64,000 bases of DNA from Candidatus Obscuribacteraceae bacterium (GTDB lineage: Bacteria; Cyanobacteriota; Vampirovibrionia; Obscuribacterales; Obscuribacteraceae): NCBI GenBank assembly GCA_044226015.1, contig JBGAHS010000010.1, positions 128,001 through 192,000 of the forward strand, in the 5' to 3' direction. The notes beneath the pieces are model-generated. The model was given only the letters and a program-made list of their open reading frames with translations, searched no databases and was not told the origin of the DNA. This document shows, in pieces, positions 39,064 to 48,049 of the stretch. The first letter of the stretch is position 1, and each line of letters starts with the position of its first letter. A program made the position numbers and the translations under genes.

Positions 39064-40761
39064 ATGACGCCACGAAAGGTGCTTATGTTCTTTCCTCGAA
39101 ACTTAGTTTCTTCGCATTCTGCATTTTTGCTTTTATCGTTATCGATAAGCACGGCTAGTGCTAGCGCTGCGATCGATGCAAGCAGTGAAAATAGAAGTGC
39201 CATAGACTCGTCTATGCGCGCTCTTAAAACACGCATGCCGACAGAGAGCGATAAGAAGCCAACAAAATACATTCTTGAACTGCAGGCTACTCAGAATGTG
39301 CGACCTTTTGGCAATGAACCGTTGCACAAAATTGAAGTTCCTCTGGAACGAATTGATTCTGGTGGCATCAATCTTGATACGGGCAAGGATGACACTGGCG
39401 TTATAATCGAGACGCCTCCTATAACTTCTTTGATAAAGCTGAGGGATCATTTGAACCCCTTCTCGCTCGATGCCACTTATGTCACTCGCATTGACCTGAA
39501 GGAAGTTCTGGAGACGGTGCTGAATCAAAATCTTGATATTGACAGTGCCTTTGTTCGAAGCAAATCTCAGAAGTGGCAGACACTATCAACCGCGAGTGGG
39601 TTTTTGCCGAACATAAATACTGGCTACAGCATATTTGGCATCAAGGGATCCTTTCCTGGTGCAGTGCTCGGTGGTGGCAGTGGGGCTGCGAAATTACCCA
39701 GTTTTGCCCAACTTCTGACTGCAGGTTTCACCTACAATGCCTACCAGGGCGGCAAAATTTTGTTTGGTACTCTGGCTGAACGTCATCGATACAGAGCCAC
39801 ACGCGCAGGGCTCAAAACAAATATCAACGACGCCCTTCTTCAATCTGCAAGACGCTACTACGAACTTTTAAACAGCGAAGCACTATTGGCTATTCGAACC
39901 AGAGCAGTTTCGATATCTGAGGAGCAGGTTCGACTGAACACTGCCCACGAGAAAGCTGGTATTGCGACAGGTCTTGATGTTTTGCAGTCTCAAGCTCAAC
40001 TTGCCAGTGATGAGCAAAACTTGATTGAGCAGCAGAATAGCCGGCGACAATCTGCCATTCAATTAGCGCACCTGATGAATTCGAGCTTTACTGAAGATTT
40101 TAAGTCTGCAGACAAATACTTGCAAATGAAGAGACTGGTGCCGAATACGATACCGGTAGAGCAATTGCTCAAGTTGGCTATCGACCAGCGCCCAGAGTTA
40201 AAACAGTACGAAGAACTGCGTCTTGCTGCGAAGCGTTCAATCATGGTTGCTGCTTCGCCGTTGCAGCCAAACGTCTCTTTGGGTGGAACCGTATATGGTA
40301 TTGGCGCCTCGGGGTCCAATATTGATTCGATTTATACATTGAATCTTGGTGTTAAGTGGTTTCTTGGTGGTTTAGGAACTACAGACCTTGCAAACATACA
40401 AAAAGCTCGCTGGGAAGCGCGGCAGGCAGCCATTCAAGCTAAGCAAACATTTTTGACCGTGTTTGAAGAAGTCCGTACATCTTACAATTCAAGTCTGGCT
40501 GCAGACAAGAAAGTCGACCGCGCAACTGTACAGATTCAAGCTGCAGAGGAAGAGCTTCGTATCGCGAGGAAGCGAATGGACGCTGGAGTGGGTTTGAATA
40601 TCGATGTATTGAATGCACAGCGCGATTTGACTCAGGCAAGCATCAACAAGGCTAGAGCAATTTTGGAATACAACGTTGCTCAGGCGCAACTGCTTCGTGA
40701 TATAGGTTCAATTTCGGTGACTGGTCTATTGAGCGGCATCAAACAGAGCGACATCAGATAG
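39064..40761 (+). CDS. TolC family outer membrane efflux protein
   Basis: Two OEP repeats (GIATGLDVLQSQAQL; GVGLNIDVLNAQRDL). Confidence 0.9.
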   Translation: MTPRKVLMFFPRNLVSSHSAFLLLSLSISTASASAAIDASSENRSAIDSSMRALKTRMPTESDKKPTKYILELQATQNVRPFGNEPLHKIEVPLERIDSGGINLDTGKDDTGVIIETPPITSLIKLRDHLNPFSLDATYVTRIDLKEVLETVLNQNLDIDSAFVRSKSQKWQTLSTASGFLPNINTGYSIFGIKGSFPGAVLGGGSGAAKLPSFAQLLTAGFTYNAYQGGKILFGTLAERHRYRATRAGLKTNINDALLQSARRYYELLNSEALLAIRTRAVSISEEQVRLNTAHEKAGIATGLDVLQSQAQLASDEQNLIEQQNSRRQSAIQLAHLMNSSFTEDFKSADKYLQMKRLVPNTIPVEQLLKLAIDQRPELKQYEELRLAAKRSIMVAASPLQPNVSLGGTVYGIGASGSNIDSIYTLNLGVKWFLGGLGTTDLANIQKARWEARQAAIQAKQTFLTVFEEVRTSYNSSLAADKKVDRATVQIQAAEEELRIARKRMDAGVGLNIDVLNAQRDLTQASINKARAILEYNVAQAQLLRDIGSISVTGLLSGIKQSDIR

Positions 40762-40877
40762 GGCGAGATAGGGCGGTATCAATTAGAGCGACATCAGATA
40801 GGGCGACATCAAGTTGAGCGGCGTTCAAGTTGAGTGGCATTCAATAGAGCGACATTCAAGTTGAGCGACATCAATTA
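40731..40877. repeat. Degenerate 15-bp minisatellite (10 units) starting inside the TolC 3' end
   Basis: gagcgacatcagata / gagcgacatcaatta / gggcgacatcaagtt variants. Confidence 0.85.
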
Positions 40878-40882
40878 GGACG

Positions 40883-41674
40883 CTACTTGATGGCAGTTTG
40901 CGGATCAAGCCCCCATGAGCGCAAAATTTCACGCTCTTCATCACTCGATTTCGCTTTCTTGAACTTTGCGTTTCGTCCCTTCACGACCCTTTCGCATTCT
41001 GTCCATGTTTTGTGCCGCTGGACGACCCCTCCGTAATAGCTGAGGTAGGTAACCGGACCACTTGCGCCACCAGAACTGCTTCGCGATACGCTTTTGCTGC
41101 CGCCTGTGCTTTTGCTGCTGCTGCCTTTGTTTTGTTGTGGAAGATCCTCTCCACCTGGTACTTGAGAGAGGTCTACGAAATAGCCATCTTTGTCTCCGAT
41201 ATACAGGCTTTCCATTTTGCCTTTTGCAAATGCCACCGCGATTTCGTCGCAGCGTTCGTTACCAGGAAATCCGGCATGGCCCCGTACATAACGCCAATCT
41301 ACCGTTGCAGGCTTCAAGCGCGTGACCTGACGCAGAAGTTCTTCCCATAGGGCACGATTTGCTACCTCACCACCTTCGGAATTTTTCCATCCCTTGTTTC
41401 GCCATCCCCAAATCCACTGCGTGATGCCTTTGATAACATACGTAGAGTCTGTGTAAAGTATGATGGGCTGCGGCTCAGTTATTTCAAGCGAGGCTAGTGC
41501 TCGTATTGCGGCAGTCATTTCCATCTTGTTGTTTGTGGTCTGTTTATCGCCTGCACCAAGTTCGCGAATACTGCCGTCTGGCAGGGAAACAATGCTCGCC
41601 CAGCCGCCTGGACCAGGGTTGCCCGTGCAGGCGCCGTCAGTGAAAATCAAAATCGCATTAGCCGGAACGGTCAT
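40883..41674 (-). CDS. rnhA: Ribonuclease HI with C-terminal hybrid-binding-like domain
   Basis: TDGACTGNPGPGGW, TTNNKME, YTDSTY, VRGHAG..GNERCD; GAGG RBS before ATG 41674. Confidence 0.93.
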   Translation of the reverse strand: MTVPANAILIFTDGACTGNPGPGGWASIVSLPDGSIRELGAGDKQTTNNKMEMTAAIRALASLEITEPQPIILYTDSTYVIKGITQWIWGWRNKGWKNSEGGEVANRALWEELLRQVTRLKPATVDWRYVRGHAGFPGNERCDEIAVAFAKGKMESLYIGDKDGYFVDLSQVPGGEDLPQQNKGSSSKSTGGSKSVSRSSSGGASGPVTYLSYYGGVVQRHKTWTECERVVKGRNAKFKKAKSSDEEREILRSWGLDPQTAIK

Positions 41675-42044
41675 ATTCGCCTCTGCAAACAAGGGTGACA
41701 GCGCTGATCTTAGCGAAGTTCGCAAAGAAACACATTTGGATAATCCAAGGGTGTGATATCCATTGTATATCTTTGGGGCGTGCCTGTCGCAGCGGGAATG
41801 CACGTATTACATGTGTCATACCGAGATTTGCTTTGCAGCAGCAGAGCGAGGTCCGAGGGCTCTCTTGATCAGTTTAAACTTTTCAAATGCCATCAAAGCT
41901 TGTTCACTGTGCTGGCGGTTCCGTCAAACTAATAGATGATTTTTAGAAGATAGCTCTTATCGTGAATAGCTAAGTTTGTTACAACTACAATTGAGACGGC
42001 GATTAGCATGTTCTTTATTGCGATTGATGTTTTGGTTTGCATAA

Positions 42045-42377
42045 TTATTGTCTCCATACTACGAGTGCTTGTCGAGCTAATCTAGCTCTGCGGCGGAAAT
42101 TTTCATCAGGACAGTTTTCAGCAATCGTCAGAAATATTTTTGCAGCTGCTGCCTCTTGCTTCGATTGAGCAAGCGACATACCAAGGAAAAATTGAGCATC
42201 CCAGTTCTGTGGATTCTTTTTCACAGCGTGTCTAAAACAATCGGCTGCAAGATCGAAGTCACCACTTTTGTATGCTGATACACCAGACTCATAGTTCTCA
42301 TAGAGTCCGATGTTGCTTGACTCGAAATTGCTTATCATTTTGGCGACCCTCCAGATTTCTTTGAACATTTTGATCAT
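42045..42377 (-). CDS. Small TPR protein
   Basis: YESGVSAYKSGDFDLAADCFRHAVKKNPQNWDAQFFLGMS; GGAGG RBS. Confidence 0.8.
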   Translation of the reverse strand: MIKMFKEIWRVAKMISNFESSNIGLYENYESGVSAYKSGDFDLAADCFRHAVKKNPQNWDAQFFLGMSLAQSKQEAAAAKIFLTIAENCPDENFRRRARLARQALVVWRQ

Positions 42378-42542
42378 CCCTCCTGGCTGTGAGCGATTCG
42401 TGAGGACTGGTTGGGGTCTGGTGATGCTTACCTGGTCTGGCTCAAGCTCCTCTTGGCAATAAAAGCGGTGAGATGGAAAGGTTCTTTTGGAATTCGTTTG
42501 TGAGGATTCTGTGAGGCAAATTCATTTTGTTTCAGGTTCCTT

Positions 42543-44090
42543 CTACTTCTTTTGGGTGAATATTCCTTCGACAAAACTTGTTAGCGGAGCGGCACTTAGT
42601 TGAGAAGGTAACGTGATGCCGAACAATGTTGTCGTTGTTGACGCTGCAGTAGTCTTCTGAATAGATACGGTTGTGGAAGCTGAACCCTTTGCAAAAAGCA
42701 ATGGCGCAACTACACGTGGTGGCTTAATTGGTAGTGGAGTTGGTGTTCGCAAGGGTGGTCTCAAGCCAGGCGACCTCGCCGGAATAGTCGGTATCGGTAA
42801 CGGTCGGGGGGTTAGCACTGGTCGAGGGATTCTCGGCGTGGGAGTTGGAGTCGGAGTTGGAGTTGGAGTTGGAGTTGGAGTCGGAGTTGGAGTCGGAGTT
42901 GGAGTTGGAGTTGGAGTCGGAGTCGGAGTTGGAGTTGGAGTCGGAGTTGGAGTCGGAGTTGGAGTCGGAGTTGGAGTTGGAGTGGGAGTTGGAGTCGGAG
43001 TTGGAGTTGGAGTTGGAGTTGGAGTCGGAGTCGGAGTTGGAGTGGGAGTTGGTGTCGGAGTCGGAGTCGGAGTTTGATTTTTTGCAAGATTTGCAATCAG
43101 AACTTTCATCTGCGGTGTGTCCTGTCCGTTGACAGGTTCCACTCCAAATACATATGCTTGCCACCATGGACCTGCAGACCAGTATGTGTAGCCGTCCCAC
43201 TGTGCCTTGTTTGCATAGATGTATTTCAGCATCGCGTCAAGATCATCCAGCCCACCCGTGCTAGCTGGTACCCCGATTTCGCCAAGAAAACCTGTGCGGT
43301 TGTTTGCTTTCAACCATGCTGTGAATCCCGTTAAGTACGAAACGGCTTCCGCAACACTCACTGTATCTGTTGTGTTTCCGGAACCGTCGTAATTGACGTA
43401 TTCATGAACTTCAAATGTAAAATTGTTCGCAGAGTCTGTGAGCTTTAACATCTCCGCCCCAGTAGTTTCTACGAAGTTTCGTGCATGGTTCCAATATGGT
43501 GCAGACACAACTATCAGGCTGGTATTCCCTGCAGCTCTAATTGCATTGATTGCTTCCTGAGTCGAAATACGCCAGGTCTCAGAAGTCATGCCTGCACCAT
43601 TTGGTTCCCCCATCAAACTTAGAATTACTTTTGAGTTGTTCTTATATCTGGTTCCTATCTTGCTCCAGAAGTCTGCGAAAACTGAGTTAGCAACGCCACC
43701 GGGAACGCCCACAATCGCACCATAATACTCACCGTGATTATGAAGTTCGATCATTGTGGTCATGCCTTTTGCTGCGGCATAGTTTACGACTGCGTCTATC
43801 TGCGCAAGGTAGTTCGGTTCAAGGGCACCATTGGCGGTGGGTTGTGTTCGTTCCCATGCGATGGGAAGCCGAATTATGTTCATACCCCTTGCAGCAAAAT
43901 AGTCTAGTTCTGCTGTAGTAGGAAATACATAGTCGTAATTATTGACGCCAGGAAAAACGCCAGCACCCCATTCAGCGCCTGATATGCTTACGCCCTCGTA
44001 CTTCATTCCGCCAGTGGCAGCAATTGAGCTATTGTCCACCAGGAGGGCGAAGGAAAGCGCTGTGACTATTGGAAGGAATTTTCGCAGCAT
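42543..44090 (-). CDS. Secreted GH5 glycoside hydrolase (endoglucanase-like) with long Pro-Thr linker
   Basis: [38 protein letters not shown]. Confidence 0.9.
   Translation of the reverse strand: MLRKFLPIVTALSFALLVDNSSIAATGGMKYEGVSISGAEWGAGVFPGVNNYDYVFPTTAELDYFAARGMNIIRLPIAWERTQPTANGALEPNYLAQIDAVVNYAAAKGMTTMIELHNHGEYYGAIVGVPGGVANSVFADFWSKIGTRYKNNSKVILSLMGEPNGAGMTSETWRISTQEAINAIRAAGNTSLIVVSAPYWNHARNFVETTGAEMLKLTDSANNFTFEVHEYVNYDGSGNTTDTVSVAEAVSYLTGFTAWLKANNRTGFLGEIGVPASTGGLDDLDAMLKYIYANKAQWDGYTYWSAGPWWQAYVFGVEPVNGQDTPQMKVLIANLAKNQTPTPTPTPTPTPTPTPTPTPTPTPTPTPTPTPTPTPTPTPTPTPTPTPTPTPTPTPTPTPTPTPTPTPTPTPTPTPTPTPRIPRPVLTPRPLPIPTIPARSPGLRPPLRTPTPLPIKPPRVVAPLLFAKGSASTTVSIQKTTAASTTTTLFGITLPSQLSAAPLTSFVEGIFTQKK
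42838..43074 (-). repeat. Coding hexamer repeat (about 39 Pro-Thr units)
   Basis: ggagtt/ggagtc/ggagtg hexamers varying mostly at the synonymous position. Confidence 0.95.
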
Positions 44091-44307
44091 GAAGGTCTCC
44101 CTTGTTACGGCGACCCTTTCCGCTTTGAAGAGTGTATATAGGTGTGTTTGCGTCGTCGACGTTTTCGACCACGCATATTAGTGACTTTTCCATTGAATCA
44201 ATTTGTATTCCAACAACACTATTGGAATAAGAATCTGCAATCAATCATTAAATCAAAGAATCAATCAGGGAACTAAACTGCTGGACCTGCTTCATCAGTC
44301 GGAAGAA

Positions 44308-44820
44308 CTAAAGTTTTTCGCCACCACTCAACACTGACCATATGACGCCTGATACTACAGCCACTGTAATGTATTTCAAAATTCGCGGCATTGATTTAAC
44401 AGGAAATAGCGCCAGTTGTACCAATGTTGCTGCGGACACAGAGCCGACAGCTTCTCGGGCGAGCATCGATCCAAGGGACCCTGAAGGCATGAATATCGCA
44501 AACAACAGAGCGATTGCAGAAAGGGCAAGACCAACTTGATAAAAAATCTTCAAAGCTTTTGTCGCAGTCAAATTATTGTTTGAGTGTAGCGGTCCGATCT
44601 GCTCTTCTTGATGTTTGGCGTCTTTGTTATAGATTGAAGCTCTGAGCGCTTTTGCTCTTGCCGTTGCGTTGGCGGCATCTAATAATTGTCCGGAATCTTT
44701 GAGAGCGGTTGCAAGCTCATCAAGCTTGTAAGAAACTTCAAGACTATTTGAGCCGAACTGATGTTCAGTTGAAGCCAGTTCTGACTTTAATTCATCGATT
44801 GACTTGCCTAGATAACTCAT
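44308..44820 (-). CDS. Hypothetical membrane protein with a TPR-like N-terminus and 3 C-terminal TM helices
   Basis: FGSNSLEVSYKLDELATALKDSGQLLDA; hydrophobic C-half. Confidence 0.65.
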   Translation of the reverse strand: MSYLGKSIDELKSELASTEHQFGSNSLEVSYKLDELATALKDSGQLLDAANATARAKALRASIYNKDAKHQEEQIGPLHSNNNLTATKALKIFYQVGLALSAIALLFAIFMPSGSLGSMLAREAVGSVSAATLVQLALFPVKSMPRILKYITVAVVSGVIWSVLSGGEKL

Positions 44821-44936
44821 TTGCTGCCAAATTTCTGCTTGCTCGATTTTATCATTGTTCTCGCACTTTCAGGTTCCTCACGAATTACTCACTCGGCCGA
44901 TCGAGAATGAATTTAAGCTATTAGGAGAAATAAGCC

Positions 44937-45233
44937 GTGACAAATTTGGAACACACTTTGAACAAATCGAACAGCAGTTTTATTTACGAAACTGGGTTAC
45001 ACGCTTACTACAAACATAATTACAAACTTGCAACCGAATACTTTATCAATTGCCTCAAAAGAGATCATCGCAACTGGAACGCAAGACTTTATCTTGGTAT
45101 GTGCTATACCCATACTAAGCAGTTCTCAGATGCGATGAGCCAGTTTCAAATGATTGAAGACGGCTGCTCCGATCCATCGATAAAGAATAGAGCCATTCTG
45201 GCTGGACTAGCACTCAACTCAATAGCCCAGTGA
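44937..45233 (+). CDS. Small TPR protein, paralog of 42045-42377
   Basis: YETGLHAYYKHNYKLATEYF...NWNARLYLGM; AGGAG RBS. Confidence 0.8.
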   Translation: MTNLEHTLNKSNSSFIYETGLHAYYKHNYKLATEYFINCLKRDHRNWNARLYLGMCYTHTKQFSDAMSQFQMIEDGCSDPSIKNRAILAGLALNSIAQ

Positions 45234-45234
45234 A

Positions 45235-45609
45235 TCATCCGACGAAGTCAGGGTCATCGGCTAGCAGAACTTGAAGCAAGCGTTTCTTCACGCCCAAGAC
45301 TGCTTTTGTTCTGAGGGAGTCATCGGCGTTTTTCCAAAACTCTGAAATCTTTAGAATCGACTCTATCTCGCTAACGTTGCCTGCGTTCAATAGCTCGTAC
45401 ACATTCTCGAAGCTTCTCTGTTCCGGCTCCTGGTGCCTAATTTGGTGAATCAGCAGAATCAACAAATAATCATGTTCTGCTTGTTCTTGCTTTGCATCCA
45501 GCGAGTCATCAGATGTGGCCAGTACGATCAAGTGCGAAAAGTGTTCGGCATCGATAGGACCATTTGCTCGGGTGAGAGCTTTCTGAAAGAGCATTGGCGA
45601 TTTTGACAT
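45235..45609 (-). CDS. Hypothetical protein
   Basis: 124-aa ORF with AAGG RBS. Confidence 0.55.
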   Translation of the reverse strand: MSKSPMLFQKALTRANGPIDAEHFSHLIVLATSDDSLDAKQEQAEHDYLLILLIHQIRHQEPEQRSFENVYELLNAGNVSEIESILKISEFWKNADDSLRTKAVLGVKKRLLQVLLADDPDFVG

Positions 45610-45798
45610 GAGTACCTTTTATCATTGACATGCGAAATTACATTCGACATCATTATCACACAACTGACCGTTGGATAATCGAACTTTCACGCGAAATTGG
45701 CAATCATGAAATCGCTAGTTCAGCTGGGTTGCCCGGTATGGCATTAGAAAAATCTCCTGTGAATTGTGCGTTTTTGGATTAGGCTCAAAGCTAGGACT

Positions 45799-46671
45799 AT
45801 GAATTTTCTGCAAATGAAATCTCTGAGCCGGGCTAAAACTGTCGCACTTATTGCGACGGTTATTGCATTCCTTTATGTTTTTCTTTCTCCATTCAATTCC
45901 CCTTTGTATGAATTGATTATGTTTCCTTGCCCTGACTTTCGAACTCCCGATGTTTCCAAAATGCTGATCAGTTTGAGACCTTATGGCATTGATGCAAGCG
46001 AAATCGAATTTAAATCACTGAACGGAAAAGTTCTTCGAGGCTTATTTCTTGAAAAAAAAGGTAGCAAAAGAGTCTTTCTCTTCAGCCACACAAAGGGTAA
46101 TAACGCGTACTTTCAGATAGAAAAAGCACGGTGCATGTGCGCTTTCAATGCATCCGTATTTCTATATGACTATCAAGGTTTTGGGAAGAGTGAAGGGCGC
46201 ATGTCAGTGAATAACAGCTGCGATGATGCTTTAGCGGCATATGATTATTTGCAAAAGGTCCGAAACTACAGCGCGGAAAATATCATCGCTGTTGGGCAGT
46301 CTTATGGCTCAGGGGTCTCCGGCCAGCTTTGCAAACGCCGAAAGCTTGCTGCCGTAATTATGCTTTCTGGGTTCTCATCACTTTCTTCAGCGGGAAAGAA
46401 ATCTTTGTTGTGGTTGCAGGCTTATCCTGATGCCGCATTCCCAAAACAAGATTTGGATAATGTAGAGGTGTTTTCAAAACCGCATCCGCCTCTGCTAATT
46501 GTTCATGGAGATCAAGACAGAGTTATTTCGGTAGAAGAGGCTAAACGATTATTTGCTAAAGCGATAGAACCAAAGCAACTCTTAATTCTTCGTGGCGGTC
46601 ACTGTTCTTTTGGTGATGGTGCTGATTTTGCTGTTTGTGTTTCTGACTTTTTGAAAAAGCATGGTATTTGA
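45799..46671 (+). CDS. Alpha/beta hydrolase
   Basis: DYQGFGKS, GQSYG nucleophile elbow, HGDQD, GGH. Confidence 0.9.
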   Translation: MNFLQMKSLSRAKTVALIATVIAFLYVFLSPFNSPLYELIMFPCPDFRTPDVSKMLISLRPYGIDASEIEFKSLNGKVLRGLFLEKKGSKRVFLFSHTKGNNAYFQIEKARCMCAFNASVFLYDYQGFGKSEGRMSVNNSCDDALAAYDYLQKVRNYSAENIIAVGQSYGSGVSGQLCKRRKLAAVIMLSGFSSLSSAGKKSLLWLQAYPDAAFPKQDLDNVEVFSKPHPPLLIVHGDQDRVISVEEAKRLFAKAIEPKQLLILRGGHCSFGDGADFAVCVSDFLKKHGI

Positions 46672-46763
46672 TCCGGGAATTGGTCGTGATTGCTTGATCG
46701 TTACCTGATGCTCTCCGGGGCTTAGATGCTCATTTCTCTGCATTCTATGATGAGCTATTTGCA

Positions 46764-47855
46764 TTACCTGGAATTTGAATCGGGAATTCTCTTTGTAGGA
46801 TTTTTCGTCTGAATCCTCTTCATTTGGTCTTGCAGCCAGTAATCTTTTGCAAGTGTGGAAAAATCCTGAGCTTCAGATTCGGATGAGAAGCAACGCATTG
46901 GAATAACAACGGTACGACCATTCTCAAGCTTAAACATCAAGTTTTTGTTCCAGATCCATATGTTCTTGATGGATGACCAGACTAAGCGATTGTCGGTTCC
47001 CCCTAACTCTGTCGTTGATTCAAAAAACTCTGGAGTAATTGTGGTGCGAGCCTGCATCCACTCAGGATGATTTTTGAATTTGTTTCTGGCTCCGATTAAG
47101 GGCGAAAATAGCATTAGCAGCCCTGATGTTGTGCAGATAATTGCGGTGCTAAGCTCGATTTGGGGAATTTGCATTAGCGCAAACAAGCATAATCCGATTC
47201 CCAAAAACGCCTGGGCTTTAAGCAAGTAGTAATCGACAATTATTAGCTCTTTCAACGTTAGATTAGCTACAACGTGACGCCCATTGGGTGGTAAATCGCT
47301 TTCTTGTTCCTCTTTATCGAATGATAGACTATGACGCAGGTTCTCCCAATATTCTTTCGCCTTTTCAAAGAAATGTTCGGCATCGGCTGCGGAGGCGAAC
47401 CTATTGAAGGGAATCCAGTAATACATGTCGGGCTTGCGAGAAATGCGTAAAATAACTGCTCCATGTCGTTTTGCAATCAAGGAAACATTTTTCCATTCCA
47501 GATCGCTTTCGGCACCAGCAGGAGTCCTAACTTTGATGCGCTCTCTTGTCAGTGTTATGTTTGCTTCTAGCTTTTTCTTTTGCGCTTGATGAGTGAAAAG
47601 TGCAGTTACTGGATACAAAAGTAGATAGAAAAGAAATAAAAGGACTACGGTTTCGAGGAAAAACGGAGATGTTAGATTTGAGCCTCCGAGAAACAGTCCA
47701 GCAATAGAAAGACCTGCCAACATACCTGCAACCTGCAGCGAACGAACCAGCGGATGAAACGGCATGGATTGGCAATAGAGCAGGTCCATATATGACAGCG
47801 CATTTTGCACTGATGGCGATTCTTCTTTTGCGGGCAAGCTGTCTTCGTAATTCAT
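46764..47855 (-). CDS. Membrane protein with two YcxB-like domains
   Basis: Two repeats of 2TM followed by W..(V/I)..I...IP...F.S...A..F. Confidence 0.75.
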   Translation of the reverse strand: MNYEDSLPAKEESPSVQNALSYMDLLYCQSMPFHPLVRSLQVAGMLAGLSIAGLFLGGSNLTSPFFLETVVLLFLFYLLLYPVTALFTHQAQKKKLEANITLTRERIKVRTPAGAESDLEWKNVSLIAKRHGAVILRISRKPDMYYWIPFNRFASAADAEHFFEKAKEYWENLRHSLSFDKEEQESDLPPNGRHVVANLTLKELIIVDYYLLKAQAFLGIGLCLFALMQIPQIELSTAIICTTSGLLMLFSPLIGARNKFKNHPEWMQARTTITPEFFESTTELGGTDNRLVWSSIKNIWIWNKNLMFKLENGRTVVIPMRCFSSESEAQDFSTLAKDYWLQDQMKRIQTKNPTKRIPDSNSR

Positions 47856-47956
47856 GCTAGGAAATCGTTCTGAAATGCACGGACCTAATTGGGATCTGAA
47901 AGTTAGTCTTGTGCGTGCTGCAACTTAGATTTGCGCCAATAATGTCCTAGTATACA

Positions 47957-47988
47957 CAAAGAGGAGTTGGTCGCCCTACTCCTCTTTG
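47957..47988 (-). terminator. Terminator hairpin after the giant gene
   Basis: caaagaggagt-N10-actcctctttg. Confidence 0.65.
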
Positions 47989-48049
47989 CTAACTATTCTT
48001 CCAGCTCTTTTATTACTGCGCTTGAGCTTGAGCTTTAAACAACAGCATA

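Noticed and set aside
42673..43200. Poly-VG, poly-EL/ES, poly-LQ/LR and poly-SN/SD ORFs
   Set aside because: Alternative frames of the GH5 PT linker; the variation is synonymous in the PT frame
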